Assembly (NCBI GenBank): GCA_046153645.1
Contig: JBJXGI010000010.1
Location: forward strand, 1-39,824
DNA length: 39,824 bases
Source: Elusimicrobiota bacterium
GTDB taxonomy: Bacteria; Elusimicrobiota; Elusimicrobia; F11
Reading direction: 5' to 3'
Shown here: piece after piece, positions 28,020-36,840 of the stretch
How the letters are laid out: every line of letters begins with the position of its first letter
Position numbering within the stretch: position 1 is the first letter of the stretch
Made by a program: the position numbers and the translations under genes
Notes under the pieces: generated by a model
Databases searched by the model: none
Seen by the model: the letters and a program-made list of their open reading frames with translations, nothing else
Told to the model about the DNA's origin: nothing

Positions 28020-28460
28020 ATGACCATCCATGTTGAACTCATTACTCCGGAGAAATTAGCTTTACAAGAAGAAGTTGATTTTTTAGTGGCACCCGCCGAG
28101 AATGGTGAAGTGGGAATTTTGGCCAACCATGCGCCATTACTGACCAAATTAACAACCGGTGAATTACGTTTAAAAAAAGGCGATAAGGTTCGTTATGTTG
28201 CAATCTCTGGTGGATTCATGGAAGTAAAAGCGGGCAGTAAAGTTTCTGTATTCGCTGAAACCGCTGAATTCGCCGAAGATATTGACGTAGAACGCGCTAA
28301 AATGGCTGCTGAAAAAGCCAAACAAACTTTAAGTAAACCCTCTTCTGATTTAACTGCCGCTGAATTAGCGCAAGTAGAATTAGCACTCAATCGTGCTCTT
28401 CTTCGAATGAAAATAGGGCAAAATCGCTGGAGGAAATTACCAGGAGATCGAGTTAACTAA
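28020..28460 (+). CDS. atpC: ATP synthase F1 epsilon
   Basis: ITPE, GEVGILANHAP, ISGGFMEV, IDVERA. Confidence 0.97.
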   Translation: MTIHVELITPEKLALQEEVDFLVAPAENGEVGILANHAPLLTKLTTGELRLKKGDKVRYVAISGGFMEVKAGSKVSVFAETAEFAEDIDVERAKMAAEKAKQTLSKPSSDLTAAELAQVELALNRALLRMKIGQNRWRKLPGDRVN

Positions 28461-28461
28461 T

Positions 28462-28974
28462 ATGGCGATTTTGAGAATCACCAAATATGGTGAGCCTGTT
28501 CTTCGAAAAAAAGCCTCCCCCGTTACAGACCTCGGAGCTGATACTCAAAAACTTATTAAAGATATGTACGACACCATGTATGCTGCCAGCGGAATTGGTT
28601 TGGCTGCTCCGCAAGTGGGAATTGCCTTGAGATTGGCGGTTGTAAATGTGACGCCAGACAAAAAGAAAAACCAATTTGTCATGATCAATCCCAAAATCGT
28701 TTCAAGTGAAGGTTCTATTGAGAGTGAAGAAGGATGTTTGTCTCTTCCCGGTGTTGGTGGAACAAGTTTCTCACGGTTTTCCAAAGTTGTTGTTGAAGCG
28801 CTTGATGAAAAAGGATTTCCCATTACCATTAAGGGGGAAGGGCTTTTGGCTTATTGTCTGCAACATGAAATTGACCATTTAAACGGTACCATGATCATTC
28901 ATCATGCACCGATTAAAAGAAGATTAGAAATGTTATGGACTATAAGAAAACTAAAAAAAGAAAAACTCTGGTAA
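28462..28974 (+). CDS. def: Peptide deformylase
   Basis: GIGLAAPQVG, EGCLS, QHEIDHLNG. Confidence 0.98.
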   Translation: MAILRITKYGEPVLRKKASPVTDLGADTQKLIKDMYDTMYAASGIGLAAPQVGIALRLAVVNVTPDKKKNQFVMINPKIVSSEGSIESEEGCLSLPGVGGTSFSRFSKVVVEALDEKGFPITIKGEGLLAYCLQHEIDHLNGTMIIHHAPIKRRLEMLWTIRKLKKEKLW

Positions 28975-28977
28975 TGA

Positions 28978-29913
28978 ATGCGAGTTTTATTTTTTGGAAC
29001 ACCTCAAATAGCCGTTCCTTTTCTCGATTGGCTTGAAAAACACACCACTGTTGCAGGTGTTATTTGTCGACCCGACCAACCTGTCGGTCGTGGTTATGAA
29101 GTAACGGAGCCTCCCACAAAAGTTTTTGCCAATTCAAAAAATATTCCTGTTTTTCAGCCGGCAGGCCCATGGACAGATGATTTTGTTGAAACCTTAAAAA
29201 AAACAGAATCAGATATTGGTATCGTTGTTGCTTATGGGCGAATTTTACCTGAGAAAATATTTCTCACACCTAAATTAGGCTGTATCAATATTCATTTTTC
29301 TTTGCTTCCTCAATATCGGGGAGCAGCACCGATGCAATGGAGTTTAATAAAGGGTGAAAAGAAAACCGGGGTATCGGCATTTTGGTTGGAACAAGGACTG
29401 GATAGTGGTCCTTTATGCGCGCAAATTTCCACATCACTTGAAAACGAATATCTTCCCGAGTTAAGAGAAAAATTAACCCAGATTGGTGTTCAAGTTTTAG
29501 AAAAATTAATTGATCAATTAAACAAAGGTCAAATTGTTAAAACTCTCCAGGAAGGAGTCGTGTCATTAGCGCCTCAACTAAAAAAAGAAGATGGAAGAAT
29601 TAACTGGGATAAACCAGCTCAAGACATCGTAAACTTGATACGTGGCGTTTGTGAATGGCCGGGAGCCAGCACCACTTATTTGTGGGGTGGAATTCCAAAA
29701 CAATTAAAAATTTTTAAAGCCATAGCAGAGGACACTCATCATTCCAATATGAAGCCGGGTCTTATTGTGCAAGCGGATAAAAATGGAATTGTTGTCCAAA
29801 CAAGTCAGGGGCGTATTTGTTTAATTCAGGTTCAACCTGAAGGAAAAAAGCCAATGGACGCTTGGGCCTTTTGGCAAGGGGCGCGTTTAAAAAAGGGAGA
29901 TCAGCTTGGATAA
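28978..29913 (+). CDS. fmt: Methionyl-tRNA formyltransferase
   Basis: FFGTP, VVAYGRIL, INIHFSLLP.YRGAAP, LDSG. Confidence 0.97.
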   Translation: MRVLFFGTPQIAVPFLDWLEKHTTVAGVICRPDQPVGRGYEVTEPPTKVFANSKNIPVFQPAGPWTDDFVETLKKTESDIGIVVAYGRILPEKIFLTPKLGCINIHFSLLPQYRGAAPMQWSLIKGEKKTGVSAFWLEQGLDSGPLCAQISTSLENEYLPELREKLTQIGVQVLEKLIDQLNKGQIVKTLQEGVVSLAPQLKKEDGRINWDKPAQDIVNLIRGVCEWPGASTTYLWGGIPKQLKIFKAIAEDTHHSNMKPGLIVQADKNGIVVQTSQGRICLIQVQPEGKKPMDAWAFWQGARLKKGDQLG

Positions 29914-30943
29914 AAAATCATTACTTGATGTTCCGTTTTCGGATTGGCCCAAGCTTATTGAATCTTTGGGGGAGCCTTCTTTTCGTGCGCAGCAGTTGGT
30001 TGAATGGGTTTTTAAAAAACGAGAGCGTTCAATTGAGGAAATGTCCAATTTGCCAGCGGGTTTAAGAAAAAAATTGGGCGACGAGTATGAAATACAAAGT
30101 TTATTTTTAGACAATGTTATTGCTTCTCAGTTAGATGGAACGAGTCGATATTTTTTTAAAACCAGAGATAATCAAATTGTTTCGTGTGTGTATCTGCCGT
30201 TTGAAAAGAGGCGTTCTCTTTGCATTTCCTCTCAAGTTGGCTGCGCGTGGGGATGTGTTTTCTGCGCCTCAGGAAAAGTAAAATTTCAGAGAAATTTATC
30301 TGCCGGAGAAATTGTCGATCAGATCATGTTGGTTGAGAAAGTTTCGAATGAAAAAATTGATAGCGTTCTTTTTATGGGGATGGGAGAACCGCTGGCTAAT
30401 TTTAATTCGCTGGTGAGTGCGCTCCAAATTATTCGCTCTGATATTGCTTTGGGATATGGAGCAAGACATGTGACCGTGTCAACTTGTGGTTTGGTACCTC
30501 AAATTGAAATGTTAGCAGCTCAAGCCCCGAAAGTAAACTTAGCTATTTCTTTGCATGCTGCTTTTGATGAACTGAGAAAAGAATTATTGCCTAAATCTTC
30601 TAGTTGGAGTATTAAGGAATTAATGAATGCGGCAAAGACATTTTCCATGAAAACCAATTCTCGCGTTACTTTCGAGTATATTGTTTTAGATGGAATTAAT
30701 GACTCTGAACAAGATGCAAAACGGTTGGCTAATTTGGTACGGGGCCCTGCTCAACAAGGAGATTATTGGGTTAATTTGATCGCTTATAATCCTGTTCCTG
30801 GTCTCCCTTATAAAAAGCCAGATCCTGAAAAGTTAGAAAAATTTCGAGATATTTTAACCAAACGGCATGTTCCTGTGCGTTTGCGAAAACCTCAAGGTGT
30901 TGATATTGGCGCTGGGTGTGGTCAATTGGGCGAAGCAAGATAA
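29906..30943 (+). CDS. rlmN: 23S rRNA/tRNA m2A methyltransferase
   Basis: CISSQVGCAWGCVFCASG, FMGMGEP, AGCGQL. Confidence 0.96.
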   Translation: MDKKSLLDVPFSDWPKLIESLGEPSFRAQQLVEWVFKKRERSIEEMSNLPAGLRKKLGDEYEIQSLFLDNVIASQLDGTSRYFFKTRDNQIVSCVYLPFEKRRSLCISSQVGCAWGCVFCASGKVKFQRNLSAGEIVDQIMLVEKVSNEKIDSVLFMGMGEPLANFNSLVSALQIIRSDIALGYGARHVTVSTCGLVPQIEMLAAQAPKVNLAISLHAAFDELRKELLPKSSSWSIKELMNAAKTFSMKTNSRVTFEYIVLDGINDSEQDAKRLANLVRGPAQQGDYWVNLIAYNPVPGLPYKKPDPEKLEKFRDILTKRHVPVRLRKPQGVDIGAGCGQLGEAR

Positions 30944-31923
30944 TGGATGAAATAAATTCAAATTCACAGGTTATTAAAAAAATGCTGAAGCTGATTATTA
31001 TTTCAGGGGGAGTGCTTGTTTTACTTATCGTGCTTTTTATTTTTTCACTTAATAAAATTATGATTTCTGTTTTGCATAATAAATCAGCGGTTAATGTTCC
31101 TCAAGTAGAAGGGCTCTCTTTTAAAAAAGCAGAAGAGCTCATTCATTCTTTGGATCTCACCATCATCGAAGAATCAATTGAATATGATGAGACCGTGCCC
31201 GCCGGTACCATTATTCATCAACATCCTCCAGCGGGGATGAGTGTTCGCGCAGGTCGGAATATTCGAGTTGTTGTTTCACGGGGTGGAGAGGACATGGTTG
31301 TTCCTGATATTATTGGTAGTCCTCTTGAAGAAGCCCAAAGCCGTTTGGCTCAGCAAGGGTTGCAAATGGGATCTGTTGACGAACTTTATTCAACAGAGAT
31401 ACCGAAAAGTGTTGTTATAACACAGCAGCCCAGTTCTGGAACTGTGGTGACGCGAGGTGCCTTGGTTGATATCGAGGTTTCCAAAGGACTTCCACCCGTT
31501 GGCGCTCCTTTGGTTCCTGATTTTATAGGAAGGTCCTTAAATGAGGCTCAAGTTTGGGCCAGTGATGCGGGGTGCTCGTTTAAATCAAAAGAAGACCCAA
31601 AAGCGCTTGGAATGGCCGGAACAGTTCTTCGGCAAAATCCTTTACCTGGACAACCTTTATTAGAGGATGAAACTTTGTCGATTGTTGTGGTATCGGCAAC
31701 GCAAGCACAGATGTCAAAAACACTTTCTTTTCAAACTCCATCGGGATCTCAAGAACTTGTTGTTAAAGTTGTGGCCCGAGATAGTCATGGAGAAATAGAA
31801 ATCTATAAAGGAAATCATCCGCCTGAATCTAGTATTGGGATTCCGGTTAAAGTAACAGAGCCCACTCGTTATCGAATTTACATGAATGATGTATTAAGTG
31901 AAGAAAAATTGGTGGAGCCTTAA
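30943..31923 (+). CDS. Membrane-anchored triple-PASTA-domain protein without a kinase domain
   Basis: One N-terminal TM and three VP.(V/I/F).G...Q.P..G PASTA repeats. The ATG overlaps the rlmN stop (TAATG). Confidence 0.85.
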   Translation: MDEINSNSQVIKKMLKLIIISGGVLVLLIVLFIFSLNKIMISVLHNKSAVNVPQVEGLSFKKAEELIHSLDLTIIEESIEYDETVPAGTIIHQHPPAGMSVRAGRNIRVVVSRGGEDMVVPDIIGSPLEEAQSRLAQQGLQMGSVDELYSTEIPKSVVITQQPSSGTVVTRGALVDIEVSKGLPPVGAPLVPDFIGRSLNEAQVWASDAGCSFKSKEDPKALGMAGTVLRQNPLPGQPLLEDETLSIVVVSATQAQMSKTLSFQTPSGSQELVVKVVARDSHGEIEIYKGNHPPESSIGIPVKVTEPTRYRIYMNDVLSEEKLVEP

Positions 31924-31926
31924 AAT

Positions 31927-32595
31927 ATGAATTCTCAAGTCCTTATTTCGCCTTCCATTCTTTCCGCTGATTTTGCGGATTTAGCCAGTGCTGCCAAATT
32001 AATGGAAAAAGCCGGCGCTGATTGGTTACATATTGATGTGATGGATGGTCATTTTGTTCCTAATTTGACCGTGGGTCCTGTGGTTGTAAAATCGCTCAAA
32101 AAACACACTTCATTGCCAATGGACGTTCATTTAATGATTACGGATCCATTAAAATACGCAGAGCCTTTTGCAAAAGCGGGCGCTTGGGGGCTTACTTTTC
32201 ACATAGAGGCAGTTACTGATCCTATAAAAGTCATACAGGAATATAAAAAATTAGGTGTAAAGCCTGGCATGTCTATTAAGCCAGGGACGCCGGTTTCTGC
32301 CATAAAACCTTTTCTAAAAGATTTAAATTTGGTTTTGGTTATGACGGTTGAACCCGGTTTCGGTGGGCAATCTTTTATGCGAGATATGCTTCCAAAGGTG
32401 CGCGAGATCTCTCACTATATTCGTGAAAATCGGCTTGATTGTAAAATCGAAGTTGATGGAGGGATTGATGTATTGACCGGTCAGGAAACAGTCGCGGCTG
32501 GGGCAGATGTCTTGGTGGCTGGTAATGCTATTTTTAATACGCCCGATCCACTTCAAGCGGTCAAGGCACTGAAGGCTATTTCAAAATCGAAATAA
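31927..32595 (+). CDS. rpe: Ribulose-phosphate 3-epimerase
   Basis: SPSILSADF, HIDVMDGHFVPN, MTVEPGFGGQ, EVDGG. Confidence 0.98.
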   Translation: MNSQVLISPSILSADFADLASAAKLMEKAGADWLHIDVMDGHFVPNLTVGPVVVKSLKKHTSLPMDVHLMITDPLKYAEPFAKAGAWGLTFHIEAVTDPIKVIQEYKKLGVKPGMSIKPGTPVSAIKPFLKDLNLVLVMTVEPGFGGQSFMRDMLPKVREISHYIRENRLDCKIEVDGGIDVLTGQETVAAGADVLVAGNAIFNTPDPLQAVKALKAISKSK

Positions 32596-32821
32596 CCTTT
32601 CCTTCTTTTCCATCGTCAATTAAAAAATCAACAGCCTTGGCTTTTCCAAATAATTTTCCAGCGACCAATAAATGTGCCCAGGTGGGAGCACACCCTTCTA
32701 ATTGAACATGTTGTCCTTCAAATGTGGATAAATCAAATTGAGACAATTTTTCTTGAAAACTACCAAGCTCCACTTTTCCTGAAGCAATGTCATTTAAATC
32801 TAATTTTTTGATTTCGTTCAT
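32576..32821 (-). CDS. Small conserved-looking protein, DUF2480-like
   Basis: F......D.S.F....V...GCAPTWA.LLVA..L...A resembles the DUF2480 core; third gene of the Fe-S carrier operon. Confidence 0.5.
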   Translation of the reverse strand: MNEIKKLDLNDIASGKVELGSFQEKLSQFDLSTFEGQHVQLEGCAPTWAHLLVAGKLFGKAKAVDFLIDDGKEGKVISILK

Positions 32822-32823
32822 GA

Positions 32824-33153
32824 TTAAACTGTAAATGATTGTCCGCAAGAACATTCAGCGGCCGCTTGTGGATTTTTAAGCTTAAAACCAGAATTGGTAA
32901 GTGATGAAACGTAATCCAACTCAGATCCAGCCATATAAAGGAGAACTTTTGCGTCAAAGTACACTTTGAGCCCGTGAGCTTCAATAACATTGTCTTTAGG
33001 TTGTGGCGGGTTATTATCGGGTTCCACTTTATATTCTAAACCAGAGCATCCCCCAGACATAACGCGTAGGCGCAAGGCTCCTTGGGGCATCCCTGCTTTT
33101 TCAAGCAAAGCTTTTGCTTTTTGCGCCGCTCTTGGGGTTAAAGTAATAGACAT
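32824..33153 (-). CDS. A-type Fe-S carrier (IscA/HesB family)
   Basis: GGCSG, NP....CSCG.SF. Confidence 0.93.
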   Translation of the reverse strand: MSITLTPRAAQKAKALLEKAGMPQGALRLRVMSGGCSGLEYKVEPDNNPPQPKDNVIEAHGLKVYFDAKVLLYMAGSELDYVSSLTNSGFKLKNPQAAAECSCGQSFTV

Positions 33154-33480
33154 TTAGACCTCGAAAGAATTACCACATCCGCATGATTTTTTGGCTTGAG
33201 GATTTTTGATGGAAAAACCTTCTTGTCCAAAGTCCTCTTTATAATCAATGGTAGAGCCTTCAATAAGTTTACCGGTGCTAGGATCAATGACAACTTTAAA
33301 ACCTTCGTAGTCTTGTTTAAGATCAGTGTCGGTGGCCTCGTCGAATTTAAAACCGTAAGAGTAACCGGAACACCCTCCTGATTCCACGAAAACGCGTAAA
33401 GATTTTCCACTCAGGGATTCATCTTGTGAATAGAATTCTTTGATTTTGTTAATGGCTTGGTCAGTTAATGTGACGCTCAT
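33154..33480 (-). CDS. A-type Fe-S carrier (ErpA-like)
   Basis: LRVFV..GGCSG..YGF.FD, NP.A..SCGCG.SF. ATG at 33480 follows a GGAGG SD. Confidence 0.93.
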   Translation of the reverse strand: MSVTLTDQAINKIKEFYSQDESLSGKSLRVFVESGGCSGYSYGFKFDEATDTDLKQDYEGFKVVIDPSTGKLIEGSTIDYKEDFGQEGFSIKNPQAKKSCGCGNSFEV

Positions 33481-33521
33481 GAGTTCCTCCGTCAATGTTT
33501 GGGATTAGAGATCATTCTACC

Positions 33522-33730
33522 ACAAAGAACAAGGTCACGTTGAGATCTCTCGTTGGAGATAACCACGTGACCTTGTTCCATTTGCTGCTCATTTCGGTGA
33601 GCAGACTTTAAGAAAGATGGGAGGATGCAGGGTTTTTAATTGGTTGGTGACCCACGCTCGGTTGGGGTGACCTCGCCCACACTCCTCCCAAAATTTTGAA
33701 GCTCTTTTTTAAAGATCAACTTTGCTTCTG
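33522..33730 (-). ncRNA. Candidate structured sRNA or long 5' leader
   Basis: Three hairpins (33618-33690, 33585-33604, 33527-33578), the last followed by UUUGU; upstream promoter; no credible ORF. Confidence 0.5.
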
Positions 33731-33764
33731 GGATTAACCTAGTCCCAGCTTTGTGTGAAGTCAA
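33728..33764 (-). promoter_or_regulatory. Sigma70 promoter with an inverted repeat over the -10
   Basis: Minus strand TTGACT-17 bp-TAGGTT. CTGGGA-N9-TCCCAG at 33728-33748. Confidence 0.55.
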
Positions 33765-33794
33765 GTGAATTTCGTGTGATAAATTGTTAACGAG

Positions 33795-33821
33795 AAAAAC
33801 ACCTCGAAAAATAGAGGTGTC
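33795..33821 (-). terminator. Intrinsic terminator of trxB
   Basis: Minus strand ACACCTC-N8-GAGGTGT followed by TTTT, about 45 nt after the trxB stop. Confidence 0.6.
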
Positions 33822-33864
33822 TTAACGTGTAACTTTTATCCGCGGGTGTTTTGTCGACGGAGAT

Positions 33865-34785
33865 TTAGTGGCCGAGTGATTCTAAATAACGTTCGGCACT
33901 AATGGCGGAGGCGCAACCAGAGCCTGCAGCGGTGATGGCCTGACGGAAAGTGTGATCAACAACGTCTCCGCAAGCAAACACACCGGGAATATTGGTGGCC
34001 GTTTTTGAGTCGGTAAGAATATATCCTTCAGAATCGGTTTTAATAATACCTTTGAACAATGAAGAATTTGGAATGTGTCCAATAGCTAAGAAAAGCCCGT
34101 CTACTTTTAAATCAGAGGCAATACCCGTTTTTGTGTCTTTGAGTTTGAGTCCACCGACTTTTCCGTTTCCGGTTACTTCTTCAATCGATTTATTCAGATG
34201 AATTGAAATTTTTGGATGGTGTTGCGCACGTTCCAACATAATTTTAGACGCACGAAATTCTTCACGGCGATGAATCAAATTTACTCTTGAGGCAAAACGA
34301 GTTAAAAATACCGCTTCTTCCATCGCAGAATCACCACCACCAATAACGGCTACTTCTTTTCCTTTATAAAATGCGCCATCGCAAGTGGCGCAACTGGTAA
34401 CCCCTTTTCCCCAGAAAGCATTTTCAGAAGGGATGCCCAATTTTCTAGGGCCTGCACCAGTTGAAATAATAACGCTTTTGGCTTTTACAACCACGTCTTC
34501 ATAAGTGATTTCAAAAGGATGTTTGGAAAAATCAACTTTACTAACATCTTTGAATAAAATTTCAGCGCCAAAACGTTCCGCTTGTTTTTTCATGTTGTCC
34601 ATGAGGTCTGGACCTAAAACACCTTCTGGAAAACCGGGAAAATTTTCTACTTCAGTTGTGGTCATGAGTTGTCCGCCGGCAGAATATCCAGCTAAAACAA
34701 GTGGTTTTAAATTGGCGCGTGCGGTATAAACAGCGGCGGTGTATCCTGCGGGGCCGCCTCCAATAATGACAACGTTTCTTTCCAT
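33865..34785 (-). CDS. trxB: Thioredoxin reductase
   Basis: GGGPAG, CATCDG, GGGDSA.EEA, HRR, GDV.D..FRQAITAAG. Confidence 0.98.
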   Translation of the reverse strand: MERNVVIIGGGPAGYTAAVYTARANLKPLVLAGYSAGGQLMTTTEVENFPGFPEGVLGPDLMDNMKKQAERFGAEILFKDVSKVDFSKHPFEITYEDVVVKAKSVIISTGAGPRKLGIPSENAFWGKGVTSCATCDGAFYKGKEVAVIGGGDSAMEEAVFLTRFASRVNLIHRREEFRASKIMLERAQHHPKISIHLNKSIEEVTGNGKVGGLKLKDTKTGIASDLKVDGLFLAIGHIPNSSLFKGIIKTDSEGYILTDSKTATNIPGVFACGDVVDHTFRQAITAAGSGCASAISAERYLESLGH

Positions 34786-34921
34786 AACATCCTCCGTAAA
34801 TTTATACCTGCTGTGGGTTCGAGTGAAGAGGGAAATCCTATCAGTTTTGGTATTTCTACCAAAGTATTAACTTGTTTGGACCTAGAAAAGTTTCCGTTTA
34901 ATATTTGAGTAGAATATCGAG

Positions 34922-36196
34922 ATGAAATCTTTCGGCCAAAACAAAAAAACTCTTTTCTCTTGGACACTTTATGATTTTGCTAATTCCGCTTTTTCAACCA
35001 CTGTTTTATCGGTTGTTTTCAGTGCTTATTTCGTAAAAAGTATTGTTCCACAAGAAGGAATAAAATGGCGAGACCTTGAGATTCCTGGTGAATCGGTTTG
35101 GAGTTATCTCATTTCCGGAATCATGATATTGGCTATTTTCGTTTCTCCGCTGTTGGGTATCAAGGCCGATCAAAACAATTCACGCGCCAAGCCGCTCTTT
35201 TTTTGGACGCTGCTAGGAAGTTTTTCCACGATGGCGCTTTTTTTTGCTCATCCAGGAGATTTAATATGGGCTTGTGCCTGGAGTTTTTTGGCCGTGTTTT
35301 CTTTTGAGATGTCGCAGGTTTTTTATAACTCTTTTTTACAGGTTGTTATAAATAAAGAGAATACAGGGTCTGTGTCAGGTCGAGGTTTTGCGTGGGGGTA
35401 TTTGGGGGGTGGCCTTTGTTTGGCGCTTAATTTATGGATGATGAATCAACCCCAAACTTTTGGCCTCTTAGATTTAGATAACACTTTGCCTGTTCGAGCC
35501 AGCGTGCTGGTGGCCGGCATTTGGTGGCTCCTGTTTTCCATTCCTGCCTTTTGTTTTCTTCGAGACAACCCTCAGCGTGAGGTTCCCTTAGAAAATACAT
35601 CTCCTCCTTTATGGGAGGCCTTTGCTTATTTAAAGCGTATGTTGGTTTCTCTTAAAAAATCTCCTGAACTAAAAAACTTCTTTATTGCTTATTTCTTTTA
35701 TAACGATGGCGTGCAAACCATTATTCTCATGGCCTCTATTTTTGGCGCAAAAATTCTAGGAATGAGCTCATCGACCCTTGTTTTGTGTTTTCTTTTTATT
35801 CAAGCCGTTGCTTTGGCGGGTGCGTTATTCATGGGGAAATTAACCGACCGTTGGGGAGCCAAGAGAGTGATCACGGTGTGTATTGTGGGGTATTTGGTGG
35901 TCACATTTTGGGGGGCTCTTATGACGACTGAAATAGAATTTTGGTTTTTAGGTTTTTGTATTGGGATCATCATGGGTGGAATTCAGTCGGCCTCTCGTGC
36001 TTTATTTAATTCACTTATTCCTGTGGAGCGCACCAGTGAGTTTTTCTCTCTTTATGGCATTGTGGGAAAAGCTGCTTCTGTGATGGGGCCGCTTGTTTTT
36101 GGTGTTTTTTCTCAATTTGGGGGCGTCCGTTGGGGTGTGGCGTCACTCGGAATCTTTTTTGTGGTCGGTCTTGCTTATATGCGGCGTGTTGACTAA
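34922..36196 (+). CDS. MFS transporter, UMF1/ATG22 family
   Basis: W.LYDFANSAF, VSGRG.A.GYLGG, YNDGVQT, QSASR, GKAASV.GP. Confidence 0.9.
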   Translation: MKSFGQNKKTLFSWTLYDFANSAFSTTVLSVVFSAYFVKSIVPQEGIKWRDLEIPGESVWSYLISGIMILAIFVSPLLGIKADQNNSRAKPLFFWTLLGSFSTMALFFAHPGDLIWACAWSFLAVFSFEMSQVFYNSFLQVVINKENTGSVSGRGFAWGYLGGGLCLALNLWMMNQPQTFGLLDLDNTLPVRASVLVAGIWWLLFSIPAFCFLRDNPQREVPLENTSPPLWEAFAYLKRMLVSLKKSPELKNFFIAYFFYNDGVQTIILMASIFGAKILGMSSSTLVLCFLFIQAVALAGALFMGKLTDRWGAKRVITVCIVGYLVVTFWGALMTTEIEFWFLGFCIGIIMGGIQSASRALFNSLIPVERTSEFFSLYGIVGKAASVMGPLVFGVFSQFGGVRWGVASLGIFFVVGLAYMRRVD

Positions 36197-36217
36197 TGGT
36201 ATAACCACAGTTATACT
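36189..36217 (+). promoter_or_regulatory. TA operon promoter with an RHH-type operator
   Basis: TTGACT-17 bp-TATACT. Inverted repeat GTATAAC-caca-GTTATAC at 36199-36216. Confidence 0.75.
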
Positions 36218-36242
36218 ACGGTAGTCTTGAAAGGAGACATAA

Positions 36243-36497
36243 ATGAAAACGGTAAAAACAGCCATCTCATTGCCCAAGGAAGATTTTAAACAGCTTGAAC
36301 AAATCCATAAAACAACGGGAAAAAGTCGGAGTGAAATTTTGACCAATGCTTTTCATGTTTGGATCGAATCTCAAAAAGACCACGAACTTGAAAACCTATA
36401 TGAACAAGGTTATCGTCAAACTCCAGAGAATCTAAAGGATTTAACCGTTTTTACTAAAGCGGGCACCTCTCATTGGTCTAAGGAAGATTGGAAATGA
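36243..36497 (+). CDS. Ribbon-helix-helix antitoxin (MazE/NdoAI-like)
   Basis: KTAISLP beta strand, SRSE helix, Y.QGY; AAGGAG SD; ATGA overlap with the toxin. Confidence 0.85.
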   Translation: MKTVKTAISLPKEDFKQLEQIHKTTGKSRSEILTNAFHVWIESQKDHELENLYEQGYRQTPENLKDLTVFTKAGTSHWSKEDWK

Positions 36498-36808
36498 AAC
36501 GAGGGGACATTTGGTGGGCTGAACTTTCTGAGCCTTTGGGGCGAAGGCCGGTTGTACTCATTTCCCGTAATTTAGCCATACAGGTAAGGGAAGCAGTAAC
36601 AGTGGCTCAAATTACAACTGTGGTTCGAGATATTCCTGTTGAAGTCAAGCTGAACAAGCAAGATGGCATGCCTAAGGATTGTGCGATCAATTGCGATGTT
36701 TTGTTAACCATTCCTAAAAAAATGCTGCTTAATTTTGTCACCTCTCTTTCTCCGCAAAAGAAAAAAGATCTGGAAAAAGCCCTTAAATTTGCCTTAGGTC
36801 TTTCATAG
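36494..36808 (+). CDS. PemK/MazF-family endoribonuclease toxin
   Basis: [27 protein letters not shown]. Confidence 0.92.
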   Translation: MKRGDIWWAELSEPLGRRPVVLISRNLAIQVREAVTVAQITTVVRDIPVEVKLNKQDGMPKDCAINCDVLLTIPKKMLLNFVTSLSPQKKKDLEKALKFALGLS

Positions 36809-36840
36809 GAAATCAGGTAAAATCTCCGTCTTCAAAATTT

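Noticed and set aside
32576..32821. Similarity of GCAPTW to the CRISPR ring nuclease Csx3 (GRxPxW)
   Set aside because: No cas genes or array in the window, the Arg and the conserved His residues are absent, and the Fe-S operon context fits a DUF2480-like protein better.
33617..33681. Tiny ORFs in the structured intergenic region (minus MGEVTPTERGSPTN; plus MGGCRVFNWLVTHARLG), considered as a type I toxin or leader peptide
   Set aside because: SD spacing is poor or absent, and neither is a hydrophobic toxin-like peptide. They cannot be fully excluded without ribosome profiling.
33522..33730. Assignment of the structured region to 6S, SRP, tmRNA, RNase P or a c-di-GMP riboswitch
   Set aside because: The diagnostic sequences and overall topology of these RNAs are not present by eye.
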